Shown here one piece after another: positions 19,187 to 29,349 of a DNA stretch of 64,000 nucleotides. The notes below the pieces were generated by a model. That model did no database searches and had not been told where the DNA came from. It was given only the letters and a program-made list of their open reading frames with translations. A program made the position numbers and the translations under genes. The stretch is taken from positions 323,143 through 387,142 of the forward strand of contig OZ244825.1 of assembly GCA_965220385.1 (NCBI GenBank), given 5' to 3'. How positions within the stretch are numbered: the stretch's first letter is position 1; every line of letters begins with the position of its first letter. Source of the stretch: Candidatus Poribacteria bacterium. GTDB taxonomy: Bacteria; Poribacteria; WGA-4E; PCPOR2b.

Positions 19187-19582
19187 GATAAGTTGATATT
19201 ATGGTACGGAATACAAAAAAAGACAACAGAATCTTATGGGATGCCTCAGAGGCATAGCTGTGTTATCCAGAGTTATTCAGTTTTTGGCAAAACGGTGCCG
19301 TGTGTAGAAGCGCGGTTCCCGCGCCCTACTTCAACAGACGGACGAGGAGACCTCGCTTTACAATCTCTTTACCAAGCTATCAGAAAATTCTTGCCTTCTG
19401 TTGCAGGATTTGTTACGCTAATCCAAGTTACTAAGGCGCATTGACATTTTGCTGTTACCAACCTGGTTTTTGGTAGATCTCTCAAAGTAGTACCCCCACT
19501 CTATTGTACCGTCGTATGCCTCATAGTTACGGCATACAGCGTATACCTACCACTCTGTGACAACTTGCACTAAAGGATAGCT

Positions 19583-20587
19583 ATGCAACTTCCCGAAATC
19601 GCACAGTATCATATCCAGGAACGCTGCACAGAGCAGAGCTACATGCGCGGCTTAGACTACTTCTACGACGGAGCAATTAGCACCCCGACCCTCCACAACT
19701 ATACCCTGTCGGGAACGTGCGAGGGAACAGACATCGAACCGTATCGCGTCACGGTCGAATTGACCCCGACTGGGATTGCCACTGCCGACTGTTCGTGCCT
19801 ATACGACTGGGGCGGAGATTGTAAACACATTGTTGCACTCCTGTTGACCTACGTCAACGCGCCGGACACCATTCTTTCCCTTGAACCCTTGTATGCCACA
19901 CTTGAGGCACAACCTAAGTCAAGCCTGCTACAGATTATTTCTGAGCTTCTCAAATATGCACCGGAACTGGTTCCCATTGTACAGGCATATTCAGACACTC
20001 CCGGTCCCCTACAGGAGTCCGGATCGCTTCCGCTCGTCGCAGTTTACCAGGAACAGATTAATAGCATCTTTAGGGACAGTTTTACTGAACAACATCAATT
20101 TGATAGTGGATTCACTCAACTTGAAGTACTGCAACAGAAGGCGGAGTTACTTGGACAGCAGGGCAAAGCGGAGCACGCACTTTCAGTCCTTCACGCGCTA
20201 ATACATCAATCTGTCGTACACTACTCCGACACCTCCCAGAAAAGCGGATTGATCGAATTCGTCGAGGAATGCCTAATCTCGTTCTCAGAAATCGCTGTAG
20301 ACGCGCCCGAGTCCGTTACCCTCCTTGAACATTGCCGAATGCTATTGCGACTGAGTTTTGATGCAGAACAGGTCTTTACACCACTACTGACATCTTCCCT
20401 AGCAGAGCTCTGTTGGCGACAAGAGATAGCGGACCTACCAGTAGCTATTGAACAGGATCTTATGGAACAAGGTCTTGATAAGAGTCCAGATCGACAGGCG
20501 CATGTTCAGCTCCTGCTCACGCTATATTTTCAATCAGGTCGTACTGAAGATTACCGCCAGCTCGCCCAATCCGAAGAGGAAGAATAG
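19583..20587 (+). CDS. SWIM zinc-finger domain protein
   Basis: CxCx8CxH SWIM signature DCSCLYDWGGDCKHIVALL near the N-terminus. The rest is alpha-helical with no other recognised domain. Divergent from the DUF488-RecQ operon. Confidence 0.55.
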   Translation: MQLPEIAQYHIQERCTEQSYMRGLDYFYDGAISTPTLHNYTLSGTCEGTDIEPYRVTVELTPTGIATADCSCLYDWGGDCKHIVALLLTYVNAPDTILSLEPLYATLEAQPKSSLLQIISELLKYAPELVPIVQAYSDTPGPLQESGSLPLVAVYQEQINSIFRDSFTEQHQFDSGFTQLEVLQQKAELLGQQGKAEHALSVLHALIHQSVVHYSDTSQKSGLIEFVEECLISFSEIAVDAPESVTLLEHCRMLLRLSFDAEQVFTPLLTSSLAELCWRQEIADLPVAIEQDLMEQGLDKSPDRQAHVQLLLTLYFQSGRTEDYRQLAQSEEEE

Positions 20588-20869
20588 CGGTTGATACACG
20601 CTTCTTGCATTCCGGTAAATAGATGTGGTGTGGCAGACACTTAAAGCATTTCTACAAAGGAATTTTTCAAGCCGGTCTGCCACTACTTCGGACGAGTGAA
20701 CCTCGTCCCTATGATCTGATGGTCGCTTGCCACGCTATCAGAAAATCCGTAACTTCTATTGCAGAATCTGTTATCATATCCGAAATCGTGTGGCGTTTCT
20801 TGTAGGAGTATTCTATAGCGATTTCCGAGCGACATGCGCGGAAACCCAAACCGAATAAAGGGGAAAATT

Positions 20870-21544
20870 ATGAAAGCCAGTTTGCAGAATATCGTTGACA
20901 TCCTCGCTGAACCGAGCGCTGCGTTTGCACGCCTCAAATCCGAGCCGAAGTGGGGATTGGCGATGGTCATCTTCTGTCTGTTTTCTGCTGGAATTGCGTG
21001 GGCTATGTTGCCTTTTACCGAGCAGATTATGCGCCAAGCAATGACGGAAGCAGGAGTGCCTGCTGAACAAATTGAAATCTCCACAAAAATTGGCCAAATA
21101 TCTGGTCTTATTGGTTCGCTTGTTGCACCGATTATTTGGTTACTTGCTGTAAGCGCGATACTGACCTTAGCAGGGCGACTTCTCGGATTAAACGATGCGA
21201 TAAGATTTAAACATATCTACGCAGCCGTTGTGCATACCTCATTGATTAGTTTTCTGATAGCTCTAGCCAATACAGCATTGCTGGTTGTTTTTAGGGATGC
21301 TGCAGATATCAAGAGCGTAGCCGATATGAAAATAATTCCGGGGTTGCATCTGCTATTGGGCGCAAGCGAGAACGTCAAGTTGCTGACATTTCTGAGTCAC
21401 TTCAATCCCTTGAGCCTGTGGTATCTCGCCGTGTTAGCGATAGGCGTTCGCATTTTCGCTGATACAGATAAAACCAAGGCATGTTTTTGGGCAATAATTA
21501 TCTGGCTCTTGGGCATTGTTCCAGAGGTTGTATTCGTGTCTTAA
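20870..21544 (+). CDS. Polytopic membrane protein (Yip1/DUF1282-like). Start refined to MKASLQ.
   Basis: Five predicted TM helices. N-terminal cytosolic segment with an amphipathic helix. A-rich RBS before 20870. Confidence 0.45.
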   Translation: MKASLQNIVDILAEPSAAFARLKSEPKWGLAMVIFCLFSAGIAWAMLPFTEQIMRQAMTEAGVPAEQIEISTKIGQISGLIGSLVAPIIWLLAVSAILTLAGRLLGLNDAIRFKHIYAAVVHTSLISFLIALANTALLVVFRDAADIKSVADMKIIPGLHLLLGASENVKLLTFLSHFNPLSLWYLAVLAIGVRIFADTDKTKACFWAIIIWLLGIVPEVVFVS

Positions 21545-21576
21545 TCCAAAAACGTGGGCGGGTTAGAAACTCATCC

Positions 21577-22923
21577 CTATGTATACCGCGCATTCCGGTA
21601 TTTGGGAGCGTAGAACTCCGGCAACAATCCATCCGCCCGGAGCAAGCCCTTCTGCGTCAATGTCACAGCATCTTCGTCGAAGGTCAGCATCCCCTCATCT
21701 TGCAGCTTTTGGTAGGTTGAGCCGAATACTTCAAAGATATCGGCATTAAACTTCTCGCGGAAATAGCCCGTCTCTATTCTTCCCAGCTTTAACTGCAATA
21801 TCATCTCTCGGGTCAGACGTTCCTCCGGTGTGGTGGGGAACGCACGATCCAACGGCAACTTGTCCGCGTGGAGCGAATCGACGTAGTCGTCCCAACTTGC
21901 CGCGTTTTGGAAGTGGACGCCGCTCATGTGGGAGAACGAAGCAACACCCGTACCCAACATGTCGCTGCCACGCCAGACCGCATCCCGATAAACGAACTTA
22001 CCCGGCTTATCCTGTTTCACCATGGTATATGCGCTCGACATCTTATATCCGGCGGCTGCCATCTGATCAAACGCATAGTGATGCCATTCCCGTTTCGTCT
22101 TCCAGTCCGCGACATATAGATCTTTTCCGCCAAAAATATCTTTTGAGTAAACGGTGTTGAACGGCAGTTCCATCTGGTACACGGTAATACTGTCAGGGTC
22201 CAGATCGATGGTCCGTTGGACAGTATCCCGCCAGCTATCCCACGTTTCACCCACCATTCCCGAAATCAGATCTATATTCACCTGATCAAAATCAAGATCG
22301 GCGATCCACGGCATTACCCGATACACCTCTTTGGAAAGGTGTGCCCGTCCGTTTTCCGACAAGATTGTGTCATTGAGATTTTCAACACCGAGGCTCAACC
22401 GTGTGACACCAATCTCTTTGATTGCTTCCAACTTTCCTTGGGTCAACGTCCCCGGTTCACATTCAAATGCTACCTCCTCCGCACTATCCCAAGGCATTAT
22501 CGCTTTAATCCGTTTGACAAGTGTTTTCAGGTGGTTGCTGCTAATATAAGACGGTGTACCACCGCCGAAGTAAACAAAATGCAGCGGTCGATCTGTCACG
22601 GATGGGAGTTCGCTGTAAAGCTCTACCTCTCGCCCCAATGCATCAAGGTAGATTTGAATATCAGAGCTGTTTTTATCTGTATAAACCCGAAAATAACAGA
22701 ACTTACACCGTTTGCGACAGAACGGGATATGCAGATACAACCCCAAAGTGGCTTTCGGCATTGGAGGGGCATTCAGTGCGTCTGTCGCTTCCGACACATC
22801 CCCTTTTCCCCAAAATGAATAGGGTGGATAGTTTGAAACAAAAACGCTTCCAACCTCTGTTTCCTTTCCATCGGTCCGTGTCGTTGCCGGTTCAGGAGTC
22901 GCTGTTTCTAATTGTTCACTCAT
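21577..22923 (-). CDS. Radical SAM enzyme, HemN/HemW (oxygen-independent coproporphyrinogen-III oxidase-like) family
   Basis: CRKRCKFCYF radical-SAM CxxxCxxC cluster after a ~60 aa N-terminal extension. FGGGTPS motif. HemN-like C-terminal domain. Confidence 0.75.
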   Translation of the reverse strand: MSEQLETATPEPATTRTDGKETEVGSVFVSNYPPYSFWGKGDVSEATDALNAPPMPKATLGLYLHIPFCRKRCKFCYFRVYTDKNSSDIQIYLDALGREVELYSELPSVTDRPLHFVYFGGGTPSYISSNHLKTLVKRIKAIMPWDSAEEVAFECEPGTLTQGKLEAIKEIGVTRLSLGVENLNDTILSENGRAHLSKEVYRVMPWIADLDFDQVNIDLISGMVGETWDSWRDTVQRTIDLDPDSITVYQMELPFNTVYSKDIFGGKDLYVADWKTKREWHHYAFDQMAAAGYKMSSAYTMVKQDKPGKFVYRDAVWRGSDMLGTGVASFSHMSGVHFQNAASWDDYVDSLHADKLPLDRAFPTTPEERLTREMILQLKLGRIETGYFREKFNADIFEVFGSTYQKLQDEGMLTFDEDAVTLTQKGLLRADGLLPEFYAPKYRNARYT

Positions 22924-22926
22924 GTG

Positions 22927-24090
22927 TTATTCCCCCTTGCCAAAACAGTATATTCTACCATCGTCCACGCCAATCACCAGTCTTCCTTCCGCAACGCTTG
23001 GAGAAGCGATAATGGATGCCCCAATTACAAATTCCCAGACCTTTTCGCCCGTATCAAGACTTAGTGCAACCAGTTCCCCGCCCATCGTCCCAACGAAAAC
23101 GCGTTCGCCAACAATCACCGGCGAGGAGTCCACTCGCGATGTTGCGGGATATATCCATAACGGTTCGCCTGTCCCCGGCTGCAGCGCATGGACCATCTTG
23201 TCTCGTCCACCGATAATAACTATATCCGCCGTCACAGCCGCCGAAGCGTAGAATGGGAAATGCCGTTCCGGGTGCTGATACCACCATAAAATTTCTGAAC
23301 TGTCCAGGCCCGCACACAACACCTGATTCCCAAACGTTCCTGCATACACCCGGTTGTTCAAAATAGCAGGGCTAGCAGCCACATAGTCACCCAATGCAAT
23401 TTTCTGATGCTCCGCACCATCAGCAATATTAATGACACGCAGATAACCATCGCACCCTGAAACAATGACCGTGCCATTAACAATCGCCGGCGTCCCATGG
23501 ACGTATCCTTCCGTCTCGAACTTCCAAACTAGCGAACCATCTTCGACAGAAAGACAGTAAAGATACTGGTCATAAGAACCGAACAACAACCGATCTTGTG
23601 CAACGTTGGCGGACGAAATGATTTCGGCCTCGGCTTCGAAGGTCCATCTCCCTTTACCCGTCTGAGCGTCCACAGCATGAAATACACCCATGCTGTCGCC
23701 AAAGTGTACCACATTTTTATAGACGGTGGCAGAGGATTTAATTTCACCGGACGCTTGATATTGCCACTTTAATGCCCCGTTACTAAGATCGATAGCGTAA
23801 AGATAGCCGTCTAAGGTTCCAATATAAACCGTTCCCGCTGCAATAGCGGCGGTTGACTCAATCCCATCTGGTGTCTCAAATGCCCAGAGCAGTTCAAGGT
23901 TTTCGGACAATTCACCCGTAGCGACACCGGTGAGTTGGGGGTTCCCACGAAAGCTGAGCCAACCGTCAGTGGAGGCATCGCTCTGTCCGATAGGATGAAT
24001 CAGAATATAACTCAGAAAAATGTAAAATCTGAAACGCCAAATATGAAGCGTAATCTGCTGTGGAGCTTGTGTATTAATAGGTTGCTTCAT
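22927..24090 (-). CDS. PQQ-repeat beta-propeller protein (secreted)
   Basis: Repeated blades (VYIGTLDGYLYAIDLSNGALKWQY, LLFGSYDQYLYCLSVEDGSLVWKF, etc.). N-terminal hydrophobic signal. Overlaps the upstream Fe-ADH gene by 17 nt. Confidence 0.8.
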   Translation of the reverse strand: MKQPINTQAPQQITLHIWRFRFYIFLSYILIHPIGQSDASTDGWLSFRGNPQLTGVATGELSENLELLWAFETPDGIESTAAIAAGTVYIGTLDGYLYAIDLSNGALKWQYQASGEIKSSATVYKNVVHFGDSMGVFHAVDAQTGKGRWTFEAEAEIISSANVAQDRLLFGSYDQYLYCLSVEDGSLVWKFETEGYVHGTPAIVNGTVIVSGCDGYLRVINIADGAEHQKIALGDYVAASPAILNNRVYAGTFGNQVLCAGLDSSEILWWYQHPERHFPFYASAAVTADIVIIGGRDKMVHALQPGTGEPLWIYPATSRVDSSPVIVGERVFVGTMGGELVALSLDTGEKVWEFVIGASIIASPSVAEGRLVIGVDDGRIYCFGKGE

Positions 24091-25237
24091 AAAGTTCCAA
24101 TAATTCGGTCTTGCTGACCTGCCGTGGGTTGAATATTCCTGTCCACTCCTCCGCTGCTTCTTCAGCCAATTGCGGTAGATCTTCAGACCGAATCCCGAAA
24201 TCCCTTAGCTGCTCCGGCAGCCCTGCTACCGCTCTTAGTTCAGAAACACGCTCATGCAACGCCGAGGGATGTAACTCCTGATAAAGCGTCTCCACCGCTT
24301 GGCTGTTAAAACGGACCACACTGGGCAGCATTAATCCAACTGCGACACCGTGTGTGATGTTATGTCTGGCGGTCAAGGGATTGGCGCAGGCGTGTACAGC
24401 ACCGAGCATGGAGTTTTCTATAGCAGCACCCGCCAAATGTGCCCCCAAAAGGGTTCGGCTTCGGGCTTCTATATCTTCTGGATCACTGACAACAATTTCA
24501 AAACTCTTTTCCAACAACTGCCATGCCTCTTTGGCGAACATCTGGGAGATAGGGTTCCGCCGCGTGGACACATAGCTTTCCACCGCATGGGAAATGGCAT
24601 CAATCCCCGTAGCCGCTGTTACCCCCTTCGGAGTGCTCGTCGTCAAAACTGGATCAAGTATAACCGTTCGGAATCGGGCTTTTTTGTCACCGCACGCCAT
24701 CTTCTGGTGCGTGTTCTCTTGAGAGATTAAAGCAAACGACTGTGCCTCGCTGCCGGTGCCAGCAGTCGTCGGGATACCAATGGAAGGTAGCATCGGTTTA
24801 GTGGCTTTGTCCACACCCCAATAGTCCTCCATCCGTCCGCCGTTTGTCAGGATGAAGTTAATCCCTTTGGCGCAGTCCATTGCGCTGCCACCGCCAAGCC
24901 CGATGAGCAGATTAACCCCTCCCCGATCTTTGGCAAACAATACACCCTCTGCGACATGGCGGCTGGTCGGGTTTTCCTCGACACCATCAAAAACGAATGC
25001 CTCCAGACGTGCCGCTTTTAGGGAATCAATTGCCCCTTCTACTATGCCTGCCCTGATGATACCGGGATCGGTGACGAGCAGCACCCGTATGCCCCCTAGT
25101 TCTTTTGTCAGATCGCCCAACTGGCCTAAACTGTTTTCACCGAAAATGACGCGGGTACTGGATTGGAAATCGAATGATTGCATTACCTCTGGTGAATATC
25201 CCTCCGCTTCTAGGCTATGAACGATTTCTTGTTCCAT
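24074..25237 (-). CDS. Iron-containing alcohol dehydrogenase (Fe-ADH family)
   Basis: Fe-ADH signatures GGGSAMDCAKG and the His cluster (HAVESY...H...H). 387 aa. Confidence 0.85.
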   Translation of the reverse strand: MEQEIVHSLEAEGYSPEVMQSFDFQSSTRVIFGENSLGQLGDLTKELGGIRVLLVTDPGIIRAGIVEGAIDSLKAARLEAFVFDGVEENPTSRHVAEGVLFAKDRGGVNLLIGLGGGSAMDCAKGINFILTNGGRMEDYWGVDKATKPMLPSIGIPTTAGTGSEAQSFALISQENTHQKMACGDKKARFRTVILDPVLTTSTPKGVTAATGIDAISHAVESYVSTRRNPISQMFAKEAWQLLEKSFEIVVSDPEDIEARSRTLLGAHLAGAAIENSMLGAVHACANPLTARHNITHGVAVGLMLPSVVRFNSQAVETLYQELHPSALHERVSELRAVAGLPEQLRDFGIRSEDLPQLAEEAAEEWTGIFNPRQVSKTELLELYEATY

Positions 25238-25319
25238 ATATGCGACTTCGGTAAGAACTCACACCGACTTGCATCAAAACTGCATGCAGCGACATATCTA
25301 GGTTTCAGATCAGGGGTCC

Positions 25320-26024
25320 TTAACCCTTTGTCCATTCCAGAAAAAGAAACATCGGCACCTTGGCTAATCGTGGAATTCGAGAAGATGCCTGCATCTGTTC
25401 TTGGGTCGGCATCGGTTCATAAAATCCTTGCATCTTAAAACCTAATTCTAAAAACGGATTGATAAAGTCTTGTAAGGGCATGTGACGGAAGAGCACTTTT
25501 TGTTTGAAGGTCTTAGCGACAAATTCCTTCCAGGGGGTTTTGTCGAAATAGTTATCTGTTGCTCGTTCACTAAAACAAGGATGAAGAATCGACATTAAGA
25601 ATTTTCCACCTTTCTTTAATACCCGTCGGCTCTCAACCAATGCTCCCCTATAATCCTCGACATCCATTAAACTCATTGAAGCTAATACAATGTCAAAGGA
25701 TTGTGCTTTTATGCCATCTAAGGCATTGGCATTTCTAACCAAGTGAGTAATCGATAAACCTTCCTGCCCAGCTTTTTCTTGAGCAATCTCAATTAACTTT
25801 TCGCTTCCATCTATGGCTGTTACCGCTGCGCCCTTCTTTGAGAGTATTCTAGCATATCCGCCTTCACCACAACCCAGATCCAAGATGGATTTTCCATCGA
25901 CGGGTCCAAGAAGGCTCAACGTATGAGGAATCAGGAAATGAGTTCTGTAATCGTTTGTTTCAGCAAAATTCGCCCAATCTGCTGCGATAAGATTCCATGA
26001 TGTCGTTGAACTATCCGTATTCAT
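25320..26024 (-). CDS. Class I SAM-dependent methyltransferase. Start refined to the internal Met MNTDSS; the ORF track extends to 26102.
   Basis: Motif I ILDLGCGEGGYARIL. Post-I acidic residue AIDGSEKLIE. Using the internal start removes the overlap with the upstream gene. Confidence 0.75.
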   Translation of the reverse strand: MNTDSSTTSWNLIAADWANFAETNDYRTHFLIPHTLSLLGPVDGKSILDLGCGEGGYARILSKKGAAVTAIDGSEKLIEIAQEKAGQEGLSITHLVRNANALDGIKAQSFDIVLASMSLMDVEDYRGALVESRRVLKKGGKFLMSILHPCFSERATDNYFDKTPWKEFVAKTFKQKVLFRHMPLQDFINPFLELGFKMQGFYEPMPTQEQMQASSRIPRLAKVPMFLFLEWTKG

Positions 26025-26049
26025 AACCGTTCCTCGCCGGATTCCAAGA

Positions 26050-26790
26050 TTAATCAAATGGTCGCAACGCCCGGATCTGCTTGACTTGTTCAGCAATCTC
26101 ATCGGCGGAAGCGTCTAGCATCCGCTCTCCCTTTTCAGCGGTTGCGGGGCGTGGATCGCCGACGCCACCGTGCTGAGTCCGTTGATCGAAACGGTGGTAA
26201 GAGGACATTCCCGGCACCCGCATCCCGTCGCGCTCCCCGTCGGGGTCTAACCGATCTGTGCGAACAAGGCTCGGATCGATTGCCATAATCATACAGGTCT
26301 CGGTTTCACCGGCATGACCCGATCCTGCGCTACCCAACTCACGAATCTCATCAAGTGCTCCACCCCACGCCCAACGGGAATAAAATTCCGCACCGCTATC
26401 GCCGTAACGTTCCATCAAACGCTGGAGAAGGACTGAGATATTTGAGCCGTTGCCGCCGTGGCTATTCTGGATGAAAATCTTCTTGAAGCCGTGTCCTACC
26501 ATCGAAGCGACGATGTCCATCATCAGCAGTAGATGGGTTTCGGATATAGCACTGATGGTGCCGGGATATCGTATGTGATGCTGAGAATATCCGAGCCACT
26601 GCATCGGCAAAACCAGAACATCGTCCGGGCAGCGTTCATGAACACGACGCGCTACCTCTTGTCCAATCAGGCTGTCCGTGAATACCGGCAGGTGCAGGCT
26701 ATGTTGTTCGCAAGATGCAACCGGCATCAGCACGACAATATCGCGTGGTAGTGCATCAACTTCGGGTGAGGTCATTTCTGCTAAGATCAT
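26050..26790 (-). CDS. Creatininase-family amidohydrolase (creatinine amidohydrolase / MftE-like). Start probably MILAEMTSPE.
   Basis: LAEMTSPE N-terminus. Metal ligands in HLPV...D and NSHGGN context. About 250 aa. Confidence 0.7.
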   Translation of the reverse strand: MILAEMTSPEVDALPRDIVVLMPVASCEQHSLHLPVFTDSLIGQEVARRVHERCPDDVLVLPMQWLGYSQHHIRYPGTISAISETHLLLMMDIVASMVGHGFKKIFIQNSHGGNGSNISVLLQRLMERYGDSGAEFYSRWAWGGALDEIRELGSAGSGHAGETETCMIMAIDPSLVRTDRLDPDGERDGMRVPGMSSYHRFDQRTQHGGVGDPRPATAEKGERMLDASADEIAEQVKQIRALRPFD

Positions 26791-26803
26791 AGATTTTCTC
26801 CTG

Positions 26804-27376
26804 TTATTGTGGAAGTTGTAGTTCCTCTGCATGATTCAAAAGGGTTTCAAGAAGATTCGCCACACTCAATTCTTGCGCCCACTTCCGTAAATACGCTTTG
26901 TCTAGTCTTTGCCATTGAACAACAGCAACTCCGAGGGCATCACTAAATTGACGCTCTGGCTGACTTTCTTTTGACCATTCTAACTTACTCAAGATAGCAT
27001 CCTCTGGAGAAATAGCGGAAACCTGAACCCCCAGCATATTCGCGGATATCCGTCTCCTAAATTCTTCAAAACTAAAAGCACGGTCTTTACGAATAATGAA
27101 ATCCGCCTTCCCACCGGTTTGATAGTCAATCACATTGAACATAGACCGATTTTCAAGTGCTTCTTGCGCCGCTTCGGGACTGACATAATAACCTTCACTC
27201 AGCGACTGGATAAAGGTTGTCAATTGCGCTACGGTAGGGACGATTACCAAATCTATGTCATTGGTTGCTCGCGGTTCTCCATGTAGACTGCTTCCCAACG
27301 ATCCTGAAATCATATAGGGAATTCCGGCATCTTCCAGTTTTGCCACGAGTCGCTCTAAGAAATCTTCTTGGTTCAT
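26804..27376 (-). CDS. Pol-beta-superfamily nucleotidyltransferase (minimal NTase, ~190 aa)
   Basis: hG[GS]x9-13Dh[DE]h motif SGSLGSSLHGEPRATNDIDLVIV. Helical C-terminal half. Confidence 0.55.
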   Translation of the reverse strand: MNQEDFLERLVAKLEDAGIPYMISGSLGSSLHGEPRATNDIDLVIVPTVAQLTTFIQSLSEGYYVSPEAAQEALENRSMFNVIDYQTGGKADFIIRKDRAFSFEEFRRRISANMLGVQVSAISPEDAILSKLEWSKESQPERQFSDALGVAVVQWQRLDKAYLRKWAQELSVANLLETLLNHAEELQLPQ

Positions 27377-27693
27377 TAACTTGTGATCTCAATGTCAGGA
27401 TAGGCCTGACGGAATAACTCTTCTCCTATCGCTATGCGGATGGCAGCCAATCGCACCATATTCTCATCGTAGTCAGGATGACGTTGGCGGACACCGGATT
27501 CTATAATTGAGCGGAGTCCATCACTTAACTCAATAGTCATACGGGCCCGACCCTCCATACCCATTTTACGGAAAATTGAAAACTGCACACGTGCAGCCTC
27601 CAAGGTTGTATCTTTTGGTACAACTTCTATGTGCATTTTATCCTCATGTCTATGCGGATCGCTTTCACTATCCACGGTTTGGGGTGAGCGCAT
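27376..27693 (-). CDS. Small hypothetical protein overlapping the NTase start by 1 nt. Possible cognate partner (antitoxin or regulator-like).
   Basis: 105 aa ORF in the same orientation, with stop/start overlap with the downstream NTase gene. No recognised motif. Confidence 0.35.
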   Translation of the reverse strand: MRSPQTVDSESDPHRHEDKMHIEVVPKDTTLEAARVQFSIFRKMGMEGRARMTIELSDGLRSIIESGVRQRHPDYDENMVRLAAIRIAIGEELFRQAYPDIEITS

Positions 27694-29133
27694 CTAAACT
27701 TGTTTAGCTAGCGAACCCCTCACTTGCAATGCTCGTTGCTGATAGAGAAAATCAAACAGATTCCCTTCGTGCGGTTGATCCCATGAAATCTGATTCGTCG
27801 AAATAGGACCTATATTCAGACGTTCCACATCCGGAGAGGCGAGCAAATCGTGAATAAATGCTTCCTCGTCCGTGACAGCAGTCACTACGAGGCTTGGACC
27901 GATACGATCTAATATCTCTCCTTGCGGAACCTCTACCACACTGACAAAAGGAAATAAAAACTCCGTGTTTGCCAGCGGATGTTCCGGATCTTCGCACCAG
28001 ATAACGGTCGGACTGAGGAAGGTGCAGCCAGCTTCTTTAATCACCCGTCCTCCATTCCGATACTTGGCAGTCAAGTCCGTTGCACCGGGAACTTTCAATT
28101 GATTGTCTATGAGGTTAGAAATTCCTTCAGCAACTTTTGGATTGGTGAAAGCGGCAATTCCGGCTTCCGGATCGTCCAACGCTTTCGGCGTAATATCCGC
28201 CAGACGTTGCGCCAACGCCTCTGCGATTTCACGACCATGCGATGAAACCCAGACGCCGGAGGCGTTGATGCAAGACCGCCCGCCGTTTTCTGCCACCGAG
28301 CTGACCATGAGATCGAGGTGTTCTTCCCATCGTGAGCCCCTATCATTGGCGATGATAATTTTACTCCGTCCCGGACCGTGAATCTGCACGTTGGGATTCT
28401 CCTGCCACGGTGCTACCGTCGAGCCACCACCAAACAGCAAAGATTTGCCGGACTGAAGCAGGATTTCCGCAGCCCCCGAATAGTCCGTAGGATAGAAGCC
28501 AAACGCTGCCGGTGGACAACCTGCTTCAATAAAGGCTTGTGCAATGCGGAAAGGTGTCCACGGTTCCTCACTGCCGGGCTTGAGAACGAGCGGGGTTTTC
28601 AACGGAATCGCGGGCACCCAAAGAGAATGCACGCCGGGCGAATTACTCGGAAGGACCGCCCCCAATGTGTCGGTTTGGGACAGGTAACTCAGCGGACGTT
28701 CATTTTGGATTCCCCAGCCAGAGTCAAGAATAGACAGATCCAATCCGCGTGTCAAGCCACCCAAGACCGCCTCCATTTCGTTCAGAACCAACTGGATTTT
28801 CTGCATATTCTTGCGGCACAGACTTTGAGGCAGACCCGTTGTTCCAGAAACCTGTTGAATATAATCGTCGGGCGATTGTAGCGTGTCGTCCAAAGGCAAT
28901 TCCGATTTCATGAAAAGGTTGGCAGCCTTTTTACAAATCGCCAAGAGTTCTGAGACAGACAGATCCTCAAGGGCACGCTTGTTCTCTTTTGCTTCCATCA
29001 AATCTTTGGCAATCAGTCCACGGTTCGCTTGGCTCACAATCGCGAGCGGTTCGCCTGTTTGGATATGTGATACACGGGCAAGATTCAAACTCTTATAAGC
29101 AAGTCCAGCCCGCAAAATCGGAATATGTATCAT
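27694..29133 (-). CDS. Aldehyde dehydrogenase-superfamily protein (divergent)
   Basis: ALDH-like VLKPGSEEPWTP (cf. LKPSExTP). Catalytic-Cys region ENGGRSCINASGV (cf. GQxCxAxxR). Length 479 aa. Confidence 0.55.
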   Translation of the reverse strand: MIHIPILRAGLAYKSLNLARVSHIQTGEPLAIVSQANRGLIAKDLMEAKENKRALEDLSVSELLAICKKAANLFMKSELPLDDTLQSPDDYIQQVSGTTGLPQSLCRKNMQKIQLVLNEMEAVLGGLTRGLDLSILDSGWGIQNERPLSYLSQTDTLGAVLPSNSPGVHSLWVPAIPLKTPLVLKPGSEEPWTPFRIAQAFIEAGCPPAAFGFYPTDYSGAAEILLQSGKSLLFGGGSTVAPWQENPNVQIHGPGRSKIIIANDRGSRWEEHLDLMVSSVAENGGRSCINASGVWVSSHGREIAEALAQRLADITPKALDDPEAGIAAFTNPKVAEGISNLIDNQLKVPGATDLTAKYRNGGRVIKEAGCTFLSPTVIWCEDPEHPLANTEFLFPFVSVVEVPQGEILDRIGPSLVVTAVTDEEAFIHDLLASPDVERLNIGPISTNQISWDQPHEGNLFDFLYQQRALQVRGSLAKQV

Positions 29134-29349
29134 GATTTATGAATCCTGTCATATAGATTCAGATTGGTTTTTGTCCATCAACCCCGCTCGGCTTGGATAG
29201 GCATATCCAAGCCATTTCTGTGGGAGTGCAGTAGATTTGTCAATCCACTGCGAGCGGTGATTGGTTCCCTGCCCGGTTTGCAACATTTCTTATGACTGGC
29301 AACTTGCGTTAATATAGATTCAGATTGGTTTTTGCCCACTGGCTGGTTA

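Noticed and set aside
19441-19470. TTGACATTTTGNTGTT motif shared by 269-285 and 19441-19457 as a promoter
   Set aside because: No acceptable -10 hexamer at 16-18 nt spacing in either copy. Noted only as a shared motif.
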